Virus record (IMG/VR): IMGVR_UViG_3300035171_000016
Coordinates: 32,001 to 96,000 of that record
Strand: one strand, 5' to 3'
From: a virus
DNA: 64,000 nt
Positions within the stretch are counted from its first letter, which is position 1. Each line of letters opens with the position of its first letter. Position numbers and translations under genes: made by a program. This document shows positions 1 through 11,280 of this stretch, in pieces. The notes under the pieces were generated by a model. That model saw only the letters and a program-made list of their open reading frames with translations, was not told the origin of the DNA and ran no database searches.

Positions 1-355
1 CTGTTGAAACCTTGCTATGAATATCAAACAAGTTCACAGAAATAAAATGACAGGAATTAATTAATTTAGAAATAACTTTTAAATCAAAACTGTCACCGGG
101 CTGCATAATCCTATCAAATCTAGCACTCATCAAATAAGGAATAACAAGCTCTTTTTTAACTGCGCCGATTTCATCTAATGCGCTAGAAACCTCTAATAAC
201 TGTAAAATTTCTAAACTATTACGAAGCGGAGCAACAACCCTAACCAAATCATTAGGTTTAATTTCGTCTGTATTAACGATAACGTGCGGCTGATTATCTG
301 GATAAAGAATAAGTTTTACGTTTTGCTGGCGGTCTAAATTTATTGTTTTAAGCAT
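1..355 (-). CDS. Ribose-phosphate pyrophosphokinase (Prs)-like protein, partial at window edge
   Basis: Manual translation from ATG at 355: MLKTINLDRQQNVKLILYPDNQPHV...LVIPYLMSARFDRIMQPGDSFDLKVISKLIN...LFDIHS. This matches the PRPP synthetase YPD, PYxxxARxDR and DxHS motifs. Confidence 0.75.
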   Translation of the reverse strand, partial: MLKTINLDRQQNVKLILYPDNQPHVIVNTDEIKPNDLVRVVAPLRNSLEILQLLEVSSALDEIGAVKKELVIPYLMSARFDRIMQPGDSFDLKVISKLINSCHFISVNLFDIHSKVST

Positions 356-397
356 AAATTAAATATAATGGCTAAATTTTAAAAGTCAATCATTAAG

Positions 398-820
398 TTA
401 CATTTTATGTCTGGTGACAAATAACTGACCAACAACAAACTTGTTTGGTCGGCAATCTTTCCAAAAATTTTCTTTTAATTCGTGTCCATAGACTAAATTT
501 AAATAGAAACAAACAGCCGCGCTCCTACTAACGCCAGCAGCACAATGAACAATAAAATTCTTTTCTTTATTTAAATTAATAAAATCTAATAGTTTCAAAG
601 TACTTTCTACGGAAATAGGGAAAAATTCTTTTCCATTAGGTAAAACATATTTAGAAGTAACATCAGAGAAAACTAATGTTAAAACTCTATTATCTTTTCT
701 ATCTATTTGTAAAGGATATAAGTCTCTATCTTCCTCATTAATAGAGATTAAAACTGTATTAATAGGCAATTCTTTAATATTTTCCGCAGCAAAACAGTTA
801 ATGTTTGTGGCTTTTAGCAT
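398..820 (-). CDS. Protein-tyrosine/dual-specificity phosphatase-like protein
   Basis: CX5R motif VHCAAGVSRS. Confidence 0.85.
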   Translation of the reverse strand: MLKATNINCFAAENIKELPINTVLISINEEDRDLYPLQIDRKDNRVLTLVFSDVTSKYVLPNGKEFFPISVESTLKLLDFINLNKEKNFIVHCAAGVSRSAAVCFYLNLVYGHELKENFWKDCRPNKFVVGQLFVTRHKM

Positions 821-1305
821 TTACTTTTATCTGGTAATTTACAAATTATAGCATTAGGAAAATAATATTCAATCATTTTACTAACAATATTCCAGTCGGC
901 CCCGCCTCTATCGCAACCAAAATTATAAGGAAAATAAATATTTTGTCTTTCTGGCGTCCATGCGTATTCAAACTTTAAAATAGTTTCAAAAGCTAATTTT
1001 AAAGCACCGTAATCTGTGTATCTTTGACCATCATAACCATAATTCAATTGTCCAAAAATGTTACATATAACAAGACTTTTACCTAATCTAACTGGTAAAA
1101 TATCTCCAAGCAATCTAATTGAAGCGTTTTCGCGCCCTTCATTTTCTTCTATTTTACTAATATATTTATTATATTCATTATAAACTACCGGCCATTTTTC
1201 TCTAATAGACTTAGCCAAACCACTATTCATTTTACCCTGACAATTTACTTGCTGACAGATAATACCGGACTCTACTGTTAAAATATCTTTTTCAATTATT
1301 TTCAT
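814..1305 (-). CDS. Macro domain (ADP-ribose processing) protein
   Basis: ICQQVNCQGKMNSGLAKSIREKWP and PYNFGCDRGGADW motifs. Confidence 0.85.
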   Translation of the reverse strand: MKIIEKDILTVESGIICQQVNCQGKMNSGLAKSIREKWPVVYNEYNKYISKIEENEGRENASIRLLGDILPVRLGKSLVICNIFGQLNYGYDGQRYTDYGALKLAFETILKFEYAWTPERQNIYFPYNFGCDRGGADWNIVSKMIEYYFPNAIICKLPDKSKC

Positions 1306-1772
1306 ACAGAATCATAATCTACAATTGATTGATTTTCCTCATTAACGATACGATTATGTTTAGTTAATTTATTTAATTTAATTAATTCTTTAAGAATAAT
1401 GTTTTTAGCCTTAACTATATTATAAGCAAAAACATAGGTATGAGTGCCTTTTCCTACTTTACTTTTTTGTAATGGCCCGCAATTAGCCATTTCACAGGCT
1501 AGACCGGCAGCAATTTTTTCTAAATCAGTATTTTTCACGCTTAAATTGTATCGGATTAATTTAGTATGTCAAGAAATATTTACCATTCCCACCAGCTTCT
1601 ATAAAATAATTCAATTTTACAATTAGGACAAAAACAAGATTCTATTTCTAGACTATCCGTGTTTTCAAAAATGAATTTACATTTTTCGCATTGGATTTTA
1701 CAGTTGCCGTTTGGTAAATCGCCAGCAAAGAATCCTACGGGAGCATTTATATCGTCAGATACTTTCATATTT

Positions 1773-2336
1773 CTAACCAAAAATTCCATTTCCGCCATTA
1801 TATAACATATCCACAAGCTTAACCTTACCCTTTTTAAACTTAGAAGTAAGAAGTTTGGCATCTGCTTTTCCTACAATATCTCTATCTTCTACATAGAAAA
1901 AGATAGGAGTTTTAGGAATTATTTTTAAATTTTTTCCGTTTTGATATGCTCCAAGCTGGCCTTTGGTAAATGCGGTAAAAATTTTGTTTCCGGCGGGCTT
2001 ATTATAATTAACAGTACAATTATATTGAGGCTCTCCAATGTTTTGTTTTATATCTTTTTTATGTTTTTTTTGTTCTTTAAGCCAAAAAGTAAGAGTTTCG
2101 CTTTTATCACCATGCGAACTATAAAAAGTAATGACTTCTTTAAATTTGTTTTCTTGTAGAATTGTTCTGGCTTCTTTTTGAAATTTATTGGCAGTTGTGG
2201 CAACAATATATCTATATTCAAGTTTATCAAGTTTATTACGAAAACCTTCTATCTGTGTCTTAGCTGGGGCGTAAGTTCCGCCATAAGGCAAGCCGTCAAT
2301 AACTGCAACATTATCGCCTATGTAATGAGTAATCAT
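1773..2336 (-). CDS. Hypothetical protein
   Basis: 187-aa ORF co-directional with neighbours. Confidence 0.6.
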   Translation of the reverse strand: MITHYIGDNVAVIDGLPYGGTYAPAKTQIEGFRNKLDKLEYRYIVATTANKFQKEARTILQENKFKEVITFYSSHGDKSETLTFWLKEQKKHKKDIKQNIGEPQYNCTVNYNKPAGNKIFTAFTKGQLGAYQNGKNLKIIPKTPIFFYVEDRDIVGKADAKLLTSKFKKGKVKLVDMLYNGGNGIFG

Positions 2337-2364
2337 AGATTATTTAATTATTTATTGATTATTA

Positions 2365-2775
2365 TTAAAATTCGTCGCCGCTTTCTTCGTCTGGATTTAA
2401 AGCTTCGTTAATATCAACTAAATGCGTATCGGCCCCGATTTTTTTAGTAATCACTAATGGAGACGAGCCGCTTTCTTGTAAATAGACGCCTTTAACCTTT
2501 TGAACGGTTTGCTCCGCGCATTTAAGGCAGGCGAATTCATTCTCATATAAACCTAGAAATTTCAAAGCTTCAACACGTTCGCCTGATATTCTAGTTTGAC
2601 AAAAACAGCAATAATAATCACGGCCATCGCTGGTTACGGGTTCTTCGCCAACAATTTCAGCCTCAATTACTTCGTTTTTCTTTGGCAGAAAATCGCTGGC
2701 ATTATAGTTGTAAATCGGTTTAGGGGAAGGCTTAAATACTTCTTCACCAGTTTCTTTACATTTTAAAATTTGCAT
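2365..2775 (-). CDS. Zn-finger protein, DksA/TraR-like C4 motif
   Basis: CCFCQTRISGERVEAL...CLKCA resembles the CxxCxxxIxxxRxxAx...CxxC of TraR/DksA. Confidence 0.5.
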   Translation of the reverse strand: MQILKCKETGEEVFKPSPKPIYNYNASDFLPKKNEVIEAEIVGEEPVTSDGRDYYCCFCQTRISGERVEALKFLGLYENEFACLKCAEQTVQKVKGVYLQESGSSPLVITKKIGADTHLVDINEALNPDEESGDEF

Positions 2776-2828
2776 AGATAAATTTAATATAAGGTATAAA
2801 AGTTAAAAGTCAATAGTTTTTTAAAATT

Positions 2829-3578
2829 TTATAAATCTGAATAATTTTTAATTTCTACTTTACCGTTAAAGATTAGTATATATTGAGACATATTAGTATC
2901 AAGGCAATAATTACCTTGTTTTTCTTGTATTTTATAATCTTGTCTAAAAGTATGGCCCACAATCTGCTTTAAGCCATCAATAGGACTAAATTCTTCATCC
3001 CAGTCAAGCCAACACCAGCCGCCGAATTTCTGGCTACCGCCGCGAGCATAACCTGCGCGATAAGTCCAATAGCTTCCGCCAGACTCTAGGCTTAATTTAG
3101 TTAAAAATATTTCTCTTTCAAGATAATTAATTAAATATTTTTTATTTGTAATATCTGTTTTTGGTAAAATATGATTAGGATGAATGCCTGCGTGCGTCAA
3201 TAGAATATTATCATCTATTAAAACATAATGTAAAAACTTATCTCTAATTAAAGGTAATTTTTTCTCCAAATGAAAAGTAATTAATTTATCTTTCCAGTTA
3301 GTATAGCCAGAACAAATAGCCGGTTTATTATTATATAGATATTGCCAATCATGGTTCCCGCCAATTGTATAAAAGTTATCGTTAAAGATATATTTCTTTA
3401 GTATTTGGCAAGTTTTTTCTACATCCGAGCCGGTATTATAAAAATAAGAATCAAACCAATCCCCTAAACAAACCGCAACATCATAGTTTTCCTTTGTTAA
3501 AATATTATTTAGTTTAACATGGTCTTGATGCGGGTCCGAAAAGACAAGGATTTTTTTATTTTGGCTATTAAGCTGCAT
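2829..3578 (-). CDS. Calcineurin-like metallophosphoesterase
   Basis: DPH, GDWFD, GNHD, HAG and GHT motifs. Confidence 0.9.
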   Translation of the reverse strand: MQLNSQNKKILVFSDPHQDHVKLNNILTKENYDVAVCLGDWFDSYFYNTGSDVEKTCQILKKYIFNDNFYTIGGNHDWQYLYNNKPAICSGYTNWKDKLITFHLEKKLPLIRDKFLHYVLIDDNILLTHAGIHPNHILPKTDITNKKYLINYLEREIFLTKLSLESGGSYWTYRAGYARGGSQKFGGWCWLDWDEEFSPIDGLKQIVGHTFRQDYKIQEKQGNYCLDTNMSQYILIFNGKVEIKNYSDL

Positions 3579-3678
3579 TTAATTAAATTTCTCCGTTCCA
3601 AAGTTATAGACCATATAAAAAAACAACGATATTGAGGATAATATAGTCTATCTTTTAAAATAACTCTGACTTTCATAT

Positions 3679-4353
3679 TTAATATTTAAATTTATGGTTA
3701 ACTATACGAGTTCTAACTGGATTTGTCAACTCATATTTTCCATATTCATTTCTTTCTAAAATCCAATATTCGCAATTTTTAGGATTGCTAATAGTTTCAA
3801 ATTGCTCAACCGTCCAATGCAGCCAACGCATTAGAAAAATTCTATTTAAATATCCATGTCCATAAATTAAACAATTGGTAGGAAAATTATCATTTTTAAA
3901 ATCTCTGTGCATTGTATGGCAATAATCGCTTACCCGGTCATAGCAATCGCCGCCACTCTCGCCGCCATTAAATCGGTAATAAAATGAACTATAAGAATCT
4001 CTTTCTTTTTGTATTTCCCAAATAGATTCTGTTTTTCTAAACGAATTAGACCATTCCTGCTCTCTTAGGCGCGGTTCTTCCTTTAAAAACGATGGTTTAT
4101 TAAAAGCTGGATTATTTCTAAATATATTTAAAGAAACATCCATTGTTTCGCGGGAACGGAAAAACGGAGAATAATAGCATCCATAAGTATCGTTTTTAAT
4201 TATATTTGAAAGTTCATAGCCTAATATTTTAGCCTGTTCTATTCCTTTTCCGGTCAGTCTTAAAGCATAATCTGGAATAGTAGAGTAAATATCTTTATTT
4301 ACTTGCCCCTCTGATTCTCCGTGTCTAATTAATATAATACGTTTAGGCTTCAT
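3679..4353 (-). CDS. Histidine phosphatase (phosphoglycerate mutase family)
   Basis: RHGESEG, SPFFRSRET, GES and GHG motifs. Confidence 0.9.
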   Translation of the reverse strand: MKPKRIILIRHGESEGQVNKDIYSTIPDYALRLTGKGIEQAKILGYELSNIIKNDTYGCYYSPFFRSRETMDVSLNIFRNNPAFNKPSFLKEEPRLREQEWSNSFRKTESIWEIQKERDSYSSFYYRFNGGESGGDCYDRVSDYCHTMHRDFKNDNFPTNCLIYGHGYLNRIFLMRWLHWTVEQFETISNPKNCEYWILERNEYGKYELTNPVRTRIVNHKFKY

Positions 4354-4513
4354 TATTTAGCCATATCATCTATTATTGGAGTTACAATAAAACCAAATAT
4401 ACCAAGCATCAAAAGCGTAGAGCCGGTATAATTAATATTTAAATCTAGTAATACCGTGCCGGAAAGAATGAATACTATTGAAGTAAATAGTATTTTAAAA
4501 AATGTTTTCATAA

Positions 4514-4774
4514 TTATTTTTTTGATTTATAGTAATAAGCTAAACTAATCCAAACAATATTTGCTGCCGCCAGCAAAACGCCGCCATAAAAAGAATACAT
4601 TTGATTTAAACTAGGATAATAGTATATATTCCAAACTCCCCAGCTTGTAAAAAATATAGAAACTGGAAGATATAACCCCATTACCTTTTTATCTCTAATT
4701 AATTTAAAAACATTAAACCAAACTAAAATGCCGCCAGAACATTCAAATAAACCGTTAACTAAATCATTGTTCAT
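4514..4774 (-). CDS. Small 3-TM membrane protein, PQ-loop/SemiSWEET-like
   Basis: Three hydrophobic segments in 86 aa; KLIRDKKVMG resembles the PQ-loop pattern. Confidence 0.45.
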   Translation of the reverse strand: MNNDLVNGLFECSGGILVWFNVFKLIRDKKVMGLYLPVSIFFTSWGVWNIYYYPSLNQMYSFYGGVLLAAANIVWISLAYYYKSKK

Positions 4775-6128
4775 ATTTTAAATTTTGTAACCATTGCCAA
4801 AAACTACCGTTATTTCTTTTTGTTTTGGCGTCTAATCTAAGTTTTTTTCTTTGTTCTGGCGTATATGACTCAAAACGCCTACTTGAAGCCTCTACACTCG
4901 CAAAAACAGCGGCTCGGTCAAATTTCGGCAAATTCTTTAGATTGCTCTTTGTTGTTTTGTTTTTCTTTTTCATATTCTTCTAGTTCCCAAATAGCAAACT
5001 CAGTATGTTCTGGCGATTTAAATAGATTTTTAATTGCCAGTTTCTTTTCGTCTAATGATAGTTGTGCGAACATAAGAAAAGGCTAATGGATATTTTTAAA
5101 AAGTCAATATAATTCTAAAGACATTGAGCCGCAACTTGGACATTTAGCCGGATTTATATTTTGATTTGAATGGTTTCTTATTCCGCCACCAAAATTTCTA
5201 ATTACATCAAAAGCTCGCTCGCATCTTTTACATACTACCGTAAACTGCGCCCCTGTTTCCATAATAGAGCGATTATTTAACATTCTATTTGCGCTACAAT
5301 CTGAAAAATTAATTCTAGCCATATTAATATAAACTTTCAATTACTCTTTCATACACAAAATCAGGAAAATCATTATTTAGCTTTTCTAATTCTATTTCGG
5401 TCATTGGTCGGCCATCGTAATCAGCACTTTCAATATAAGCATCGCAAAAATCAGGATAATCCCATTTGTGAATGCCAGTAACAGTAACATTTGATATTTT
5501 TGATAAATCCATAAAATATTATTTTAAATCTTTATGTCTATTTTTACTAATTAGACTTTCTATATCATGTAATACCTCATTGAAAATAATATCAAATACC
5601 ATAGATTCGTTACCCCATTTCTTTCTATATTCTTGATATTCAGGACTAAAAGCATCTTTGAACCTTTTCGGAACAGGAACTAAATCAGAACCGTCTTGGT
5701 GATGAAACCACATCCCATCAAGTCTTTTCCAAATTGCTATCAGTTTTTCGTCTCTTTCACTAGATTTCATAAAAATGACTATAACTTATTTATTTGGCTT
5801 TGTCAAAGTTATTCGTGTAAATTTTATTAATGAAGATTACATTTAATACATATACAAAATCTAATTCAATTGAAAGAATGAAAGAATTAGCTTTGATTAA
5901 GTATTTGGCTTGGGGCTCTTTGATTTATTATAGTTTATTTTGACTAGATACAAAAGGGTAATATAATAGGCCAAAATAAAACCATTAATATAATTAATAA
6001 AATATTTAAAACCGCCTCGACTAAAATATCCCACCTAAACGGAACCCCTATCCAAAAAAGAACCGTGGCAGATATTAGACCGCCGATTGAGCAGTAAACT
6101 AAAAGAAGGTTGTATATTAATGAAATCA

Positions 6129-7070
6129 TTATTCTTTAATTAGTTCCATATATTTATGGCCGTCAACAGTTAATCTACGTCCTAAAGCCGGTTTTACTTC
6201 AATTAGCCCCATTTTCATAGGATATAATTCGGTATATTTTCTTGTTGCATCTGGCGTTGCATTGAGCATACTAGCTACTCTAGTAAGGCTGGAATTAGGA
6301 TATTTTTTAAGAATTTTAAGTAGTTTAATTTCATTACCACTCAAACCTAGCTCAAAAAGCCCCATTTCTCTATAAAATCCTATCCATTCTTTACTAGAAA
6401 ATGTATTTGTATTACTTCTAGATAGAAATGCCAGAAGGTCATTAGATAGTATTTGGGCTTGTCTAGGATTACTTCTAACTACTTTAACAACTCTATCCAA
6501 TAATCCATCCTCTATGTCATATTTGGACAAATTATTTCTAATTATTTGTTTTAAATTATCAGTAGTATAATCGTCCATATCAATAACGCGAAGCCTGTCT
6601 AATAGCGCATGATGAACGGTTTGTGCCTCGGTAGTACAAAACGCAACAGAAAAGTCTTTAAAATTAAAAATATAATCTTGGCCAGCGTGAGTATATTTAG
6701 TAATGTTATCTTTTTTAGGTTCTAAAATAGTTAGAAACGCAATTGCTATATCTATATTTAAATTTTCAATTTCATCTATAAATAGTAAAACCTTTGAACC
6801 TACTACATATTGATTTACAACTCCAAAAAAATCATCAAGACTTTTTAATTCTGCGGCGTTAGTTTCTACCAATGTTCTATTCATTCCGCCCGCAACCAAC
6901 CTAACTAAACTGGTTTTTCCTGTACCTTTAGAGCCAGTAAGTAAAATATTTGGCATTATTCCAGAAGAATGAAAGTTATTAATATAAAAACTTAATCTTC
7001 TTTTTGTATTATCCAAGCCAACTAAATCACCGAAATATTGATTATCTTCTCTGTTATTGTTTTCTATCAT
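6129..7070 (-). CDS. ruvB: RuvB-like Holliday junction branch-migration AAA+ ATPase
   Basis: Walker A GSKGTGKT, Walker B LFIDEI, ALLDR, C-terminal winged helix with ELYPMKMGLIE...GRRLT. Confidence 0.8.
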   Translation of the reverse strand: MIENNNREDNQYFGDLVGLDNTKRRLSFYINNFHSSGIMPNILLTGSKGTGKTSLVRLVAGGMNRTLVETNAAELKSLDDFFGVVNQYVVGSKVLLFIDEIENLNIDIAIAFLTILEPKKDNITKYTHAGQDYIFNFKDFSVAFCTTEAQTVHHALLDRLRVIDMDDYTTDNLKQIIRNNLSKYDIEDGLLDRVVKVVRSNPRQAQILSNDLLAFLSRSNTNTFSSKEWIGFYREMGLFELGLSGNEIKLLKILKKYPNSSLTRVASMLNATPDATRKYTELYPMKMGLIEVKPALGRRLTVDGHKYMELIKE

Positions 7071-7110
7071 ATTTGCTTATAGTTTAGACTAGTATTGTAA
7101 TTTTGTCAAG

Positions 7111-7371
7111 TTAATAGCCGTAAGGATATTCTTTATCTGTATTGAATCTTTTGGAATTTTTAGAAGCAATAATAATTCTAGCGTCTTGATAAAAACCAAA
7201 TCTTTTATTAATTTCTTTTATAGATTGGCCTATTGCTAGATTATAATATTCCCCGACATTAGAAAAACTAGCGTCGGGCCAGCTTGTAAAAAAATATAAA
7301 TCCTCTTTTCTAATTATATAGTCAGCATCAGTTAACCCTGTTTTAAAAATATAACCTTTAGGAACATTCAT
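7111..7371 (-). CDS. Hypothetical protein ending KRFNTDKEYPYGY
   Basis: ORF; its C-terminus is shared with the upstream frameshifted ORF. Confidence 0.6.
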   Translation of the reverse strand: MNVPKGYIFKTGLTDADYIIRKEDLYFFTSWPDASFSNVGEYYNLAIGQSIKEINKRFGFYQDARIIIASKNSKRFNTDKEYPYGY

Positions 7372-7376
7372 TTAGT

Positions 7377-7566
7377 TTAATAGCCATAAGGGTATGGTTT
7401 ATCGGTTGCGAATCTTTTTTCTATTTCTTTTTCTTCTTTAATTATAAATGCATTTTTTTTTGTAGTCCCAAACAACATTAACAGGAATTTTATATAAATC
7501 ACTGTTTATATAATTAGCATAATTATAAATAGGCATATTAATTATAAAATCATCAAAACCTTTCAT
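7377..7566 (-). pseudogene. Frameshifted small ORF ending KRFATDKPYPYGY
   Basis: ATG 7566 to TAA 7377 is 190 nt (3n+1). Removing one A from the A9 run at 7453-7461 gives a continuous 62-aa ORF. Confidence 0.6.
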
Positions 7567-8714
7567 ATTATTTTAATAAAAAACCACAACTACAAACAAA
7601 ATCGCCGCCAGAATTAGAATATTTAATAAACAAAAGACCGTTTTTACAATTAGGACATTTAATAGAAGTATTTCTATTTTCTCTATTTACCATAAAAGGA
7701 TTTTCTTTAACAAAATTAGCCTGAACCGGAATATTATTATTCTTCATTTTTCTTTTTGGCTTTATGGCTATAAAAAATACTAATTGTTAAATAATCATCG
7801 GTATACTCGCCCTCGCCAGAAGAACTTTGGCTTTGTAGAATATTTTCGATTTTTACATTATTTTTATAAAGAAAATCATTAATAGCATCTTCCATATAAA
7901 AGACTTGATTACCTATTTTTTCGTAATTTATAACGCCATTTTTAGATTTAAAAATTTTACAGAACATTAGGTTAGTTTATTATTGTTTTGTTTTTAAGTC
8001 AAGTTAAATTTCAGTATTTGTATCAGATTCTTTATTTTTATTTCCATTTAGGATTTTTTTTGATAAAGAAGTAACAAATAGGTTTTTTTGTTGAGCCTGC
8101 CAATTTTTAACTTTATTATCAAATTCCGCACACTTTTTAACTTCCCATTTGATTTTCTTATCTAAATTTACTATTTCAGCATGAGTTCTTTCAGCTCTTT
8201 CCTGTAATTCATCTGTAAAATTAGTTTCAAGAGTTTTTAAAATATACTCTAATTCGGCATTTTTTCTTTTAATTAAAGACGTTAGGAATGCGCTAGTTGA
8301 CGACAAAAGAGAATATTCATTACTAATATCTTTTTCAGAAATTTTCTTGATTCTCTTTTTGTTCATGTCAGTATTTACACTTTCAAACATATAATAGTAA
8401 GATATTATTTATTATTGATATAGTTTATATAATTATTGCAAATTTTATTAAGATTTTTTAATTCTTGGTTTTTTCGATATTGTTTTGTTTTTTCTATCCA
8501 TAATCTATAATTAGATTGCCTGAAAATGTAGCAGGTAGTTCGACAAAGTAGTTTAGTTACTAACGCCGAAATATAGAAATAATGATTAGTAATATTAAAT
8601 CTTTTAATTCTATTATGAATATTTGGGTCTCTAATTTCGATTCTTAATGAGTATTTTTTAATCATGTTTATAGTTTATAATAGCATATTTATTGTTTTTT
8701 GTCAATTAATACTT

Positions 8715-9425
8715 CTAATGCTTAACTTTTTCTAATGTCTCGACAATATACCTCACAATTCCAGAGCGCATAATATCTTCACTTGAAAGTTTAATATGAA
8801 TAATTCCCTGTTTGCGGCTATCCTCGTTATCAAATATATCAATTATTTGTTTAAATCCAGAATTACCATTAACATCAGATTGCATTGTGTCGCCAACAAG
8901 AATCATTTTAGAAAACTGGCCTATTCTAGTAATTAAGGTAACTAATTCTTTGTATGTAAAATTCTGGGTTTCGTCCGCAATAATAAACTTAGAATTAAAA
9001 GATGAACCACGAAGAAAGTTGACCGGCAAACATTTAATTCTATCTTCTTTAAAAAGCCTGTCTATTTCTAGTTTATTTAATAATTCATGTAGTTTATCTT
9101 CCAAAGGAATGATGAATGGCTTAAACTTATCAGACTCCGCTCCCGGAAGGAACCCTAGGCTTTTAGAGGCACTTTCAATAACGGTTCTGACATATAGAAG
9201 CTCGCTAACTCTTTTTTCCTGTAAATACTTTAGAGCAGCTAATACAGAAAGTAATGTTTTAGAGCTACCGGCGGGTCCAGAAATAAAGATTATTTTATTT
9301 TCTTTATTTAATAATTGCTTAATTATTTCTATTTGTCTTTCTGTCCATTTAAACTCTTTAATTTCAAAATTTTGACTAATCTTTTCACGTTGAACAACTC
9401 GAACGGACTTGTCTATTTTTTTCAT
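8715..9425 (-). CDS. phoH: PhoH-like ATPase
   Basis: GPAGSSKT, LGFLPG, FLRGSSF, DETQN, TRIG and GDTMQSD motifs. Confidence 0.95.
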   Translation of the reverse strand: MKKIDKSVRVVQREKISQNFEIKEFKWTERQIEIIKQLLNKENKIIFISGPAGSSKTLLSVLAALKYLQEKRVSELLYVRTVIESASKSLGFLPGAESDKFKPFIIPLEDKLHELLNKLEIDRLFKEDRIKCLPVNFLRGSSFNSKFIIADETQNFTYKELVTLITRIGQFSKMILVGDTMQSDVNGNSGFKQIIDIFDNEDSRKQGIIHIKLSSEDIMRSGIVRYIVETLEKVKH

Positions 9426-9470
9426 TATTATTATATATTACACCATATTAACCATTTACCTATTATATCT

Positions 9471-9848
9471 TTATTTTTTATATTTTAACTCTACTTTATT
9501 AAAAAACTTAGTTGAGGTTTTATTATGGCGAGAAACGTATAAAAACTTGTATTTGTGGATGGCAGTAAAATATAGTTGACTTCCAATGCCCATTTTTCTA
9601 TATTCTGGTGATACAAAGACGTAAAATGTTTTACACTTATTTCCATCCTTATCTTTATTATTATTTTGAAAAACAAACGCCCAGCCAATTATTTTATTTT
9701 GAATTTTAGCTATAATAACGAAACCATGATTATTTCTAAATTTAGACCGCAAAAGACCATCTGGATAAGTTAATTCTAAAAGTTTTATTTTTTCTTTTTT
9801 AGTAACTTGACTTTTATTTTTACAAATATAGATGATGCTTGGCGGCAT
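9471..9848 (-). CDS. GNAT family acetyltransferase
   Basis: Acetyl-CoA motif VFVSPEYRKMGIGSQL. Confidence 0.85.
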   Translation of the reverse strand: MPPSIIYICKNKSQVTKKEKIKLLELTYPDGLLRSKFRNNHGFVIIAKIQNKIIGWAFVFQNNNKDKDGNKCKTFYVFVSPEYRKMGIGSQLYFTAIHKYKFLYVSRHNKTSTKFFNKVELKYKK

Positions 9849-10091
9849 ACCTATACTTACACAACTTAATTATTTATAATATAAATAATATTCGTCTTTT
9901 AATTGATTTAGTTTACTATAAATTTTTTTACATTCGGCTTGATAAGTAGCGTTTCTTTTGCCTATTTCCTCAAGTTTTTTAATATCTGTAGTCCAATCGC
10001 AAGATTCTACAAATCTTCCTGTATTCTTGGCGGCATTTTCTAGAGCCGATATTTGATTTTCGTACCATTTTTTAGATTTGATAGACATAAC

Positions 10092-10409
10092 TTATCCTTG
10101 TCCGTGATTGCCAAGAGCATCTTCTAAACAGTTAGCATAAATAATATCACTGTTTTCTTTAATTTTACTATCTTCGTATTCATTTACTCGACGCCTAATA
10201 AATTCAAGTTTAATACATTCTAACGCTCCTACTAAATCATTAGCCGTCCTATATCTTGGATTATTATCAAATAGTTTCCAAACTATACAAGAAACTAAAT
10301 AATTTAAGTCTCCAACATCAAAAGTTTTAGAGTCTTTAGATAGCGTTTCGACGGCCTTATCAATTATTTCTTTATATTGTTCGCGGGCTTCGGGTTTAAT
10401 GTATGGCAT
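10092..10409 (-). CDS. Conserved phage hypothetical protein
   Basis: MPYI...GDLNY...GALECIKLEFIRR...YEDSKIKENSD pattern, common in phages. Confidence 0.7.
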   Translation of the reverse strand: MPYIKPEAREQYKEIIDKAVETLSKDSKTFDVGDLNYLVSCIVWKLFDNNPRYRTANDLVGALECIKLEFIRRRVNEYEDSKIKENSDIIYANCLEDALGNHGQG

Positions 10410-10638
10410 ATAATTTTTTTATTTAAATTTAGGCTTTTATTATTTTTGTATTCTTGCATTAGTTCATCCGCACGAGTTGGACAAATAGGCGGCGAATATG
10501 GATTATCTGTTGCGGGTACAGCATCTACTTCATTATAAATTTTACCGCAAAAACATTTTAATTTTCCATTTCCTTGATACATATCAAAATATGTATTTTC
10601 GACAGAATTTTCTAGGCTTTCTAGGTAATCCATAGTAT

Positions 10639-11280
10639 TTATAACTTCTTATATTCTATACCTTTTTCTGTCAAAAGTAAATAGTTTCTTCCGTTTTGTT
10701 GTCCGGTATGGTGGTTTCCGTCACAAAGCTGACCTACTACATATCTTCTAGGAGAAAAATTATCTACCTTATTTAAATGTAAATGACCCTGAATAACTCC
10801 AATAGTTTGACTATCAAACGTATAGTTATGTTTAAACTGTTCTTCTGTTATTTTATCTGGAAAGCTCCATAGGTCTTTGGGTAAATTATGAAAGCAGTAA
10901 TAATTTAATCCATTAGGTAATATCAACTTAAATCCGCGAGGAAGGTTTTCTAAAAATTGTAAATGTTCTTTAGATAAATTAAAATCCGGCGGCTTGCCTA
11001 GTACTCTTTGAGTAACAAATTTATCGTTATTAGAAGAGGCAACTAAAAATGATTCGTGGTTTCCCTCTAAAACTGGAATATTATTATCTATAAAATATTG
11101 AATAGAATATTTATTAAATTCGTCGCCATCTTTAGCAAAAAGGAAAGTAAAGTCCCCAAGCGAAATCACAGGAGATTCAGGGTATAGCTCTTTTAATTTG
11201 CGAATATTAGCTAAATTGCAATGACTATCCGAAAACAAAACACATGGGAATCTATTTATATTTATTTCTTTAATAGTCAT
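10639..11280 (-). CDS. Metallophosphoesterase
   Basis: SDSH, LGD, GNHE and GHLH motifs. Confidence 0.85.
   Translation of the reverse strand: MTIKEININRFPCVLFSDSHCNLANIRKLKELYPESPVISLGDFTFLFAKDGDEFNKYSIQYFIDNNIPVLEGNHESFLVASSNNDKFVTQRVLGKPPDFNLSKEHLQFLENLPRGFKLILPNGLNYYCFHNLPKDLWSFPDKITEEQFKHNYTFDSQTIGVIQGHLHLNKVDNFSPRRYVVGQLCDGNHHTGQQNGRNYLLLTEKGIEYKKL

Noticed and set aside
8812-9375. Long antisense ORFs (also 44587..44973, 51172..51510, 54216..54572, 61307..61627)
   Set aside because: They shadow well-supported genes on the opposite strand and have no motifs.
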